Shown piece after piece: positions 1 through 10,700 of a DNA stretch of 64,000 nt (the stretch's first letter is position 1; every line of letters starts with the position of its first letter). Position numbers and translations under genes: made by a program. Source of the stretch: Auanema rhodensis (taxonomy: Eukaryota; Animalia; Nematoda). Under the pieces are notes generated by a model that saw only the letters and a list, made by a program, of their open reading frames with translations, was not told the DNA's origin and searched no databases. The stretch covers positions 21,266,001 through 21,330,000 of the forward strand of contig OZ059896.1 in the NCBI GenBank assembly GCA_964057225.1. The letters run 5' to 3'.

Positions 1-383
1 GAAAAAATTTTTTCTTCAGGGTGAAAATCGAGGATATATGTGTGAACTTATATCAGTTGATATCTCGGTGCATTTTCAAGCTAGCGCAAATCTGATAACA
101 CAGATCGACGCAGCTTAAAAATCCGCATCGAATGCACTATACTACATTGAGAAACGCTTAATACAAAAATTAGTTATGATCGTTTGAAAAATGATGCATT
201 AGTGTATGTTGAGTTTCCATGTACACTCAATATTGCTTCCAAAAACATTTTGACAAAAATTTTCTCGAAAAATTTCAAAATAATTTAGCAAAAAGTAGAT
301 GTTTTTAGATTCCATTTTTCAAGGCAAAGACGATGGACAATGTTATTCAACGAAAAAATTAATTCTTCAGGGTGAAAATCGAG

Positions 384-418
384 GATATAAGTGTGAACTT
401 ATATCAGTTGATATCTCG
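384..418. other. Overlapping inverted repeats within the monomer: gatataagt-N4-acttatatc and atatca-N2-tgatat
   Basis: 384-392 is the reverse complement of 397-405, and 401-406 is the reverse complement of 409-414. Present in nearly every monomer. Confidence 0.9.
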
Positions 419-556
419 GTGCATTTTTAAGTTAGCGCAAATCTGATAACACAGATCGACGCAGCTTAAAAATCCGCATCGAATGCACTATACTACATTG
501 AGAAACGCTTGATACAAAAATTAGTTATGATCGTTTGAAAAATGATGCATTAGTGT

Positions 557-584
557 ATGTTGAGTTTCCATGTACACTCAACAT
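557..584. other. Inverted repeat within the monomer: atgttgagt-N10-actcaacat (9-bp stem)
   Basis: 557-565 is the exact reverse complement of 576-584. Confidence 0.9.
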
Positions 585-591
585 TGCTTCC

Positions 592-670
592 AAAAACATT
601 TTGACAAAAATTTTTTCGAAAAATTTCAAAATAATTTAGCAAAAAGTAGATGTTTTTAGATTCCATTTTT
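592..670. other. A/T-tract cluster containing the palindromes aaaaattttt and tttttcgaaaaa
   Basis: About nine A4-6/T4-6 runs lie within 80 bp. 606-615 and 612-623 are perfect palindromes. Confidence 0.85.
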
Positions 671-3600
671 CAAGGCAAAGACGATGGACAATGTTATTCA
701 ACGAAAAAATTAATTCTTCAGGGTGAAAATCGAGGATATAAGTGTGAACTTATATCAGTTGATATCTCGGTGCATTTTTAAGTTAGCGCAAATCTGATAA
801 CACAGATCGACGCAGCTTAAAAATCCGCATCGAATGCACTATACTACATTGAGAAACGCTTGATACAAAAATTAGTTATGATCATTTGAAAAATGATGCA
901 TTAGTGTATGTTGAGTTTCCATGTACACTCAATATTGCTTCCAAAAACATTTTGACAAAAATTTTCTCGAAAAATTTCAAAATAATTTAGCAAAAAGTAG
1001 ATGTTTTTAGATTCCATTTTTTGAGGCAAAGACGATGGACAATGTTATTCAACGAAAAAATTAATTCTTCAGGGTGAAAATCGAGGATATAAGTGTGAAC
1101 TTATATCAGTTGATATCTCGGTGCATTTTTAAGCTAGCGCAAATCTGATAACACAGATCGACGCAGCTTAAAAATCCGGATCGAATGCACTATACTACAT
1201 TGAGAAACGCTCAATACAAAAATTAGTTATGATCGTTTGAAAAATGATGCATTAGTGTATGTTGAGTTTCCATGTACACTCAACATTGCTTCCAAAAACA
1301 TTTTGACAAAAATTTTTTCGAAAAATTTCAAAATAATTTAGCAAAAAGTAGATGTTTTTAGATTCCGTTTTTCAAGGCAAAGACGATGGACAATGTTATT
1401 CAACGAAAAAATTAATTCTTCAGGGTGAAAATCGAGGATATAAGTGTGAACTTATATCAGTTGATATCTCGGTGCATTTTTAAGCTAGCGGAAATCTGAT
1501 AAAACAGATCGACGCAGCTTAAAAATCCGCATCGAATGCACTATACTACATTGAGAAACGCTTGATACAAAAATTAGTTATGATCGTTTGAAAAATGATG
1601 CATTAGTGTATGTTGAGTTTCCATGTACACTCAACATTGCTTCCAAAAACATTTTGACAAAAATTTTTTCGAAAAATTTCAAAATAATTTAGCAAAAAGT
1701 AGATGTTTTTAGATTCCGTTTTTCAAGGCAAAGACGATGGACAATGTTATTCAACGAAAAAATTAATTCTTCAGGGTGAAAATCGAGGATATAAGTGTGA
1801 ACTTATATCAGTTGATATCTCGGAGCATTTTTAAGCTAGCGCAAATCTGATAACACAGATCGACGCAGCTTAAAAATCCGCATCGAATGCACTATACTAC
1901 ATTGAGAAACGCTTGATACAAAAATTAGTTATGATCGTTTGAAAAATGATGCATTAGTGTATGTTGAGTTTCCATGTACACTCAATATTGCTTCCAAAAA
2001 CATTTTGACAAAAATTTTTTCGAAAAATTTCAAAATAATTTAGCAAAAAGTAGATGTTTTTAGATTCCATTTTTCAAGGCAAAGACGATGGACAATGTTA
2101 TTCAACGAAAAAATTAATTCTTCAGGGTGAAAATCGAGGATATAAGTGTGAACTTATATCAGTTGATATCTCGGAGCATTTTTAAGCTAGCGCAAATCTG
2201 ATAACACAGATCGACGCAGCTTAAAAATCCGCATCGAATGCACTATACTACATTGAGAAACGCTTGATACAAAAATTAGTTATGATCGTTTGAAAAATGA
2301 TGCATTAGTGTATGTTGAGTTTCCATGTACACTCAATATTGCTTCCAAAAACATTTTGACAAAAATTTTTTCGAAAAATTTCAAAATAATTTAGCAAAAA
2401 GTAGATGTTTTTAGATTCCATTTTTCAAGGCAAAGACGATGGACAATGTTATTCAACGAAAAAATTAATTCTTCAGGATGAAAATCGAGGATATAAGTGT
2501 GAACTTATATCAGTTGATATCTCGGTGCATTTTTAAGCTAGCGCAAATCTGATAACACAGATCGACGCAGCTTAAAAATCCGCATCGAATGCACTATACT
2601 ACATTGAGAAACGCTTAATACAAAAATTAGTTATGATCGTTCGAAAAATGATGCATTAGTGTATGTTGAGTTTCCATGTACACTCAACATTGCTTCCAAA
2701 AACATTTTGACAAAAATTTTTTCGAAAAATTTCAAAATAATTTAGCAAAAAGTAGATGTTTTTAGATTCCATTTTTCAAGGCAAAGACGATGGACAATGT
2801 TATTCAACGAAAAAATTAATTCTTCAGGGTGAAAATCGAGGATATAAGTGTGAACTTATATCAGTTGATATCTCGGTGCATTTTTAAGCTAGCGCAAATC
2901 TGATAACACAGATCGACGCAGCTTAAAAATCCGGATCGAATGCACTATACTACATTGAGAAACGCTCAATACAAAAATTAGTTATGATCGTTTGAAAAAT
3001 GATGCATTAGTGTATGTTGAGTTTCCATGTACACTCAACATTGCTTCCAAAAACATTTTGACAAAAATTTTTTCGAAAAATTTCAAAATAATTTAGCAAA
3101 AAGTAGATGTTTTTAGATTCCATTTTCCAAGGCAAAGACGATGGACAATGTTATTCAACGAAAAAATTAATTCTTCAGGGTGAAAATCGAGGATATAAGT
3201 GTGAACTTATATCAGTTGATATCTCGGTGCATTTTTAAGCTAGCGCAAATCTGATAACACAGATCGACGCAGCTTAAAAATCCGCATCGAATGCACTATA
3301 CTACATTGAGAAACGCTTGATACAGAAAATAAGTTATGATCGTTTGAAAAATGATGCATTAGTGTATGTTGAGTTTCCATGTACACTCAACATTGCTTCC
3401 AAAAACATTTTGACAAAAATTTTTTCGAAAAATTTCAAAATAATTTAGCAAAAAGTAGATGTTTTTAGATTCCTTTTTTCAAGGCAAAGACGATGGACAA
3501 TGTTATTCAACGAAAAAATTTTTTCTTCAGGGTGAAAATCGAGGATATAAGTGTGAACTTATATCAGTTGATATCTCGGTGCATTTTCAAGCTAGCGCAA

Positions 3601-6600
3601 ATCTGATAACACAGATCGACGCAGCTTAAAAATCCGCATCGAATGCACTATACTACATTGAGAAACGCTTAATACAAAAATTAGTTATGATCGTTTGAAA
3701 AATGATGCATTAGTGTATGTTGAGTTTCCATGTACACTCAATATTGCTTCCAAAAACATTTTGACAAAAATTTTCTCGAAAAATTTCAAAATAATTTAGC
3801 AAAAAGTAGATGTTTTTAGATTCCATTTTTCAAGGCAAAGACGATGGACAATGTTATTCAACGAAAAAATTAATTCTTCAGGGTGAAAATCGAGGATATA
3901 AGTGTGAACTTATATCAGTTGATATCTCGGTGCATTTTTAAGCTAGCGCAAATCTGATAACACAGATCGACGCAGCTTAAAAATCCGCATCGAATGCACT
4001 ATACTACATTGAGAAACGCTTGATACAAAAATTAGTTATGATCATTTGAAAAATGATGCATTAGTGTATGTTGAGTTTCCATGTACACTCAATATTGCTT
4101 CCAAAAACATTTTGACAAAAATTTTCTCGAAAAATTTCAAAATAATTTAGCAAAAAGTAGATGTTTTTAGATTCCATTTTTTGAGGCAAAGACGATGGAC
4201 AATGTTATTCAACGAAAAAATTAATTCTTCAGGATGAAAATCGAGGATATAAGTGTGAACTTATATCAGTTGATATCTCGGTGCATTTTTAAGCTAGCGC
4301 AAATCTGATAACACAGATCGACGCAGCTTAAAAATCCGCATCGAATGCACTATACTACATTGAGAAACGCTTAATACAAAAATTAGTTATGATCGTTTGA
4401 AAAATGATGCATTAGTGTATGTTGAGTTTCCATGTACACTCAACATTGCTTCCAAAAACATTTTGACAAAAATTTTTTCGAAAAATTTCAAAATAATTTA
4501 GCAAAAAGTAGATGTTTTTAGATTCCATTTTTCAAGGCAAAGACGATGGACAATGTTATTCAACGAAAAAATTAATTCTTCAGGGTGAAAATCGAGGATA
4601 TAAGTGTGAACTTATATCAGTTGATATCTCGGTGCATTTTTAAGCTAGCGCAAATCTGATAACACAGATCGACGCAGCTTAAAAATGCGCATTGAATGCA
4701 CTATACTACATTGAGAAACGCTTGATACAAAAATTAGTTATGATCGTTTGAAAAATGATGCATTAGTGTATGTTGAGTTTCCATGTACACTCAATATTGC
4801 TTCCAAAAACATTTTGACAAAAATTTTCTCGAAAAATTTCAAAATAATTTAGCAAAAAGTAGATGTTTTTAGATTCCATTTTTCAAGGCAAAGACGATGG
4901 ACAATGTTATTCAACGAAAAAATTTTTTCTTCAGGGTGAAAATCGAGGATATAAGTGTGAACTTATATCAGTTGATATCTCGGTGCATTTTTAAGCTAGC
5001 GCAAATCTGATAACACAGATCGACGCAGCTTAAAAATCCGCATCGAATGCACTATACTACATTGAGAAACGCTTAATACAAAAATTAGTTATGATCGTTT
5101 GAAAAATGATGCATTAGTGTATGTTGAGTTTCCATGTACACTCAACATTGCTTCCAAAAACATTTTGACAAAAATTTTTTCGAAAAATTTCAAAATAATT
5201 TAGCAAAAAGTAGATGTTTTTAGATTCCATTTTCCAAGGCAAAGACGATGGACAATGTTATTCAACGAAAAAATTAATTCTTCAGGGTGAAAATCGAGGA
5301 TATAAGTGTGAACTTATATCAGTTGATATCTCGGTGCATTTTTAAGCTAGCGCAAATCTGATAACACAGATCGACGCAGCTTAAAAATCCGCATCGAATG
5401 CACTATACTACATTGAGAAACGCTTAATACAAAAATTATTTATGATCGTTTGAAAAATGATGCATTAGTGTATGTTGAGTTTCCATGTACACTCAACATT
5501 GCTTCCAAAAACATTTTGACAAAAATTTTTTCGAAAAATTTCAAAATAATTTAGCAAAAAGTAGATGTTTTTAGATTCCGTTTTTCAAGGCAAAGACGAT
5601 GGACAATGTTATTCAACGAAAAAATTAATTCTTCAGGGTGAAAATCGAGGATATAAGTGTGAACTTATATCAGTTGATATCTCGGTGCATTTTTAAGCTA
5701 GCGCAAATCTGATAACACAGATCGACGCAGCTTAAAAATGCGCATTGAATGCACTATACTACATTGAGAAACGCTTTATACAAAAATTAGTTATGATCGT
5801 TTGAAAAATGATGCATTAGTGTATGTTGAGTTTCCATGTACACTCAACATTGCTTCCAAAAACATTTTGACAAAAATTTTTTCGAAAAATTTCAAAATAA
5901 TTTAGCAAAAAGTAGATGTTTTTAGATTCCATTTTTCAAGGCAAAGACGATGGACAATGTTATTCAACGAAAAAATTAATTCTTCAGGGTGAAAATCGAG
6001 GATATAAGTGTGAACTTATATCAGTTGATATCTCGGTGCATTTTTAAGCTAGCGCAAATCTGATAACACAGATCGACGCAGCTTAAAAATCCGCATCGAA
6101 TGCACTATACTACATTGAGAAACGCTTGATACAGAAAATAAGTTATGATCGTTTGAAAAATGATGCATTAGTGTATGTTGAGTTTCCATGTACACTCAAC
6201 ATTGCTTCCAAAAACATTTTGACAAAAATTTTTTCGAAAAATTTCAAAATAATTTAGCAAAAAGTAGATGTTTTTAGATTCCGTTTTTCAAGGCAAAGAC
6301 GATGGACAATGTTATTCAACGAAAAAATTAATTCTTCAGGGTGAAAATCGAGGATATAAGTGTGAACTTATATCAGTTGATATCTCGGTGCATTTTTAAG
6401 CTAGCGCAAATCTGATAACACAGATCGACGCAGCTTAAAAATGCGCATTGAATGCACTATACTACATTGAGAAACGCTTAATACAAAAATTAGTTATGAT
6501 CGTTTGAAAAATGATGCATTAGTGTATGTTGAGTTTCCATGTACACTCAACATTGCTTCCAAAAACATTTTGACAAAAATTTTTTCGAAAAATTTCAAAA

Positions 6601-7730
6601 TAATTTAGCAAAAAGTAGATGTTTTTAGATTCCATTTTTCAAGGCAAAGACGATGGACAATGTTATTCAACGAAAAAATTAATTCTTCAGGGTGAAAATC
6701 GAGGATATAAGTGTGAACTTATATCAGTTGATATCTCGGTGCATTTTTAAGCTAGCGCAAATCTGATAACACAGATCGACGCAGCTTAAAATTCCGCATC
6801 GAATGCACTATACTACATTGAGAAACGCTTGATACAGAAAATAAGTTATGATCGTTTGAAAAATGATGCATTAGTGTATGTTGAGTTTCCATGTACACTC
6901 AACATTGCTTCCAAAAACATTTTGACAAAAATTTTTTCGAAAAATTTCAAAATAATTTAGCAAAAAGTAGATGTTTTTAGATTCCTTTTTTCAAGGCAAA
7001 GACGATGGACAATGTTATTCAACGAAAAAATTTTTTCTTCAGGGTGAAAATCGAGGATATAAGTGTGAACTTATATCAGTTGATATCTCGGTGCATTTTT
7101 AAGCTAGCGCAAATCTGATAACACAGATCGACGCAGCTTAAAAATCCGCATCGAATGCACTATACTACATTGAGAAACGCTTAATACAAAAATTAGTTAT
7201 GATCGTTTGAAAAATGATGCATTAGTGTATGTTGAGTTTCCATGTACACTCAACATTGCTTCCAAAAACATTTTGACAAAAATTTTTTCGAAAAATTTCA
7301 AAATAATTTAGCAAAAAGTAGATGTTTTTAGATTCCATTTTTCAAGGCAAAGACGATGGACAATGTTATTCAACGAAAAAATTAATTCTTCAGGGTGAAA
7401 ATCGAGGATATAAGTGTGAACTTATATCAGTTGATATCTCGGTGCATTTTTAAGCTAGCGCAAATCTGATAACACAGATCGACGCAGCTTAAAAATCCGC
7501 ATCGAATGCACTATACTACAATGAGAAACGCTTAATACAAAAATTAGTTATGATCGTTTGAAAAATGATGCATTAGTGTATGTTGAGTTTCCATTTACAC
7601 TCAACATTGCTTCCAAAAACATTTTGACAAAAATTTTTTCGAAAAATTTCAAAATAATTTAGCAAAAAGTAGATGTTTTTAGATTCCATTTTTCAAGGCA
7701 AAGACGATGGACAATGTTATTCAACGAAAA

Positions 7731-10700
7731 AATTTTTTCTTCAGGGTGAAAATCGAGGATATAAGTGTGAACTTATATCAGTTGATATCTCGGTGCATGT
7801 TTAAGCTAGCGCAAATCTGATAACACAGATCGACGCAGCTTAAAAATCCGCATCGAATGCACTATACTACAATGAGAAACGCTTAATACAAAAATTAGTT
7901 ATGACCGTTTGAAAAATGATGCATTAGTGTATGTTGAGTTTCCATGTACACTCAACATTGCTTCCAAAAACATTTTGACAAAAATTTTTTCGAAAAATTT
8001 CAAAATAATTTAGCAAAAAGTAGATGTTTTTAGATTCCTTTTTTCAAGGCAAAGACGATGGACAATGTTATTCAACGAAAAAATTTTTTCTTCAGGGTGA
8101 AAATCGAGGATATAAGTGTGAACTTATATCAGTTGATATCTCGGTGCATTTTCAAGCTAGCGCAAATCTGATAACACAGATCGACGCAGCTTAAAAATCC
8201 GCATCGAATGCACTATACTACATTGAGAAACGCTTAATACAAAAATTAGTTATGATCGTTTGAAAAATGATGCATTAGTGTATGTTGAGTTTCCATGTAC
8301 ACTCAACATTGCTTCCAAAAACATTTTGACAAAAATTTTTTCGAAAAATTTCAAAATAATTTAGCAAAAAGTAGATGTTTTTAGATTCCATTTTTCAAGG
8401 CAAAGACGATGGACAATGTTATTCAACGAAAAAATTAATTCTTCAGGATGAAAATCGAGGATATAAGTGTGAACTTATATCAGTTGATATCTCGGTGCAT
8501 TTTTAAGCTAGCGCAAATCTGATAACACAGATCGACGCAGCTTAAAAATCCGCATCGAATGCACTATACTACATTGAGAAACGCTTAATACAAAAATTAG
8601 TTATGATCGTTTGAAAAATGATGCATTAGTGTATGTTGAGTTTCCATGTACACTCAACATTGCTTCCAAAAACATTTTGACAAAAATTTTTTCGAAAAAT
8701 TTCAAAATAATTTAGCAAAAAGTAGATGTTTTTAGATTCCATTTTCCAAGGCAAAGACGATGGACAATGTTATTCAACGAAAAAATTAATTCTTCAGGGT
8801 GAAAATCGAGGATATAAGTGTGAACTTATATCAGTTGATATCTCGGTGCATTTTTAAGCTAGCGCAAATCTGATAACACAGATCGACGCAGCTTAAAATT
8901 CCGCATCGAATGCACTATACTACATTGAGAAACGCTTGATACAGAAAATAAGTTATGATCGTTTGAAAAATGATGCATTAGTGTATGTTGAGTTTCCATG
9001 TACACTCAACATTGCTTCCAAAAACATTTTGACAAAAATTTTTTCGAAAAATTTCAAAATAATTTAGCAAAAAGTAGATGTTTTTAGATTCCTTTTTTCA
9101 AGGCAAAGACGATGGACAATGTTATTCAACGAAAAAATTTTTTCTTCAGGGTGAAAATCGAGGATATAAGTGTGAACTTATATCAGTTGATATCTCGGTG
9201 CATTTTTAAGCTAGCGCAAATCTGATAACACAGATCGACGCAGCTTAAAAATCCGCATCGAATGCACTATACTACATTGAGAAACGCTTAATACAAAAAT
9301 TAGTTATGATCGTTTGAAAAATGATGCATTAGTGTATGTTGAGTTTCCATGTACACTCAACATTGCTTCCAAAAACATTTTGACAAAAATTTTTTCGAAA
9401 AATTTCAAAATAATTTAGCAAAAAGTAGATGTTTTTAGATTCCATTTTTCAAGGCAAAGACGATGGACAATGTTATTCAACGAAAAAATTAATTCTTCAG
9501 GGTGAAAATCGAGGATATAAGTGTGAACTTATATCAGTTGATATCTCGGTGCATTTTTAAGCTAGCGCAAATCTGATAACACAGATCGACGCAGCTTAAA
9601 AATCCGCATCGAATGCACTATACTACAATGAGAAACGCTTAATACAAAAATTAGTTATGATCGTTTGAAAAATGATGCATTAGTGTATGTTGAGTTTCCA
9701 TGTACACTCAACATTGCTTCCAAAAACATTTTGACAAAAATTTTTTCGAAAAATTTCAAAATAATTAAGCAAAAAGTAGATGTTTTTAGATTCCATTTTT
9801 CAAGGCAAAGACGATGGACAATGTTATTCAACGAAAAAATTTTTTCTTCAGGGTGAAAATCGAGGATATAAGTGTGAACTTATATCAGTTGATATCTCGG
9901 TGCATTTTTAAACTAGCGCAAATCTGATAACACAGATCGACGCAGCTTAAAAATCCGCATCGAATGCACTATACTACATTGAGAAACGCTTGATACAGAA
10001 AATAAGTTATGATCGTTTGAAAAATGATGCATTAGTGTATGTTGAGTTTCCATGTACACTCAACATTGCTTCCAAAAACATTTTGACAAAAATTTTTTCG
10101 AAAAATTTCAAAATAATTTAGCAAAAAGTAGATGTTTTTAGATTCCATTTTTCAAGGCAAAGACGATGGACAATGTTATTCAACGAAAAAATTAATTCTT
10201 CAGGGTGAAAATCAAGGATATAAGTGTGAACATATATCAGTTGATATCTCGGTGCATTTTTAAGCTAGCGCAAATCTGATAACACAGATCGACGCAGCTT
10301 AAAAATCCGCATCGAATGCACTATACTACATTGAGAAACGCTTGATACAGAAAATAAGTTATGATCGTTTGAAAAATGATGCATTAGTGTATGTTGAGTT
10401 TCCATGTACACTCAACATTGCTTCCAAAAACATTTTGACAAAAATTTTTTCGAAAAATTTCAAAATAATTTAGCGAAAAGTAGATATTTTAAGATTCCAT
10501 TTTTCAAGGCAAAGACGATGGACAATGTTATTCAACGAAAAAATTAATTCTTCAGGGTGAAAATCGAGGATATAAGTGTGAACTTATATCAGTTGATATC
10601 TCGGTGCATTTTTTAGCTAGCGCAAATCTGATAACACAGATCGACGCAGCTTAAAAATCCGCATCGAATGCACTATACTACAATGAGAAACGCTTAATAC

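Larger units (their letters stand above)
352..702 (+). repeat. Representative 351-bp monomer (arbitrary phase), about 31% GC, rich in A/T tracts, with single EcoRV, NsiI, BsrGI and BstBI sites
   Basis: Read directly. The hand count for the consensus is 57 G and 53 C in 351 nt. gatatc, atgcat, tgtaca and ttcgaa each occur once in this monomer. Confidence 0.95.

Noticed and set aside
352-702. Assignment to Drosophila 1.688 (359 bp), Tribolium TCAST or Pimelia PIM357 satellites
   Set aside because: Only size and AT content are similar. I cannot confirm sequence homology without a database search.
352-702. Monomer as an ancient dimer of about 175-bp subunits
   Set aside because: Only short A/T-rich motifs recur (tgaaaatcga/tgaaaaatga, caaaaatt), at inconsistent spacings. 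No convincing half-to-half alignment was visible by eye.
352-702. MITE or Helitron origin of the monomer, or a CENP-B box
   Set aside because: The inverted repeats are short and internal. No terminal inverted repeat pair, target-site duplication or Helitron end can be defined in a seamless array, and there is no match to the canonical CENP-B box core.
9665-9856. 63-aa ORF (also 14231-14476, 22305-22496, 58465-58656)
   Set aside because: These are TTG-started frames opened by single substitutions of a TAG that is present in almost all monomers (tAag or tCag). The 81-aa version comes from a 1-bp homopolymer deletion. There is no recognisable domain or gene context.
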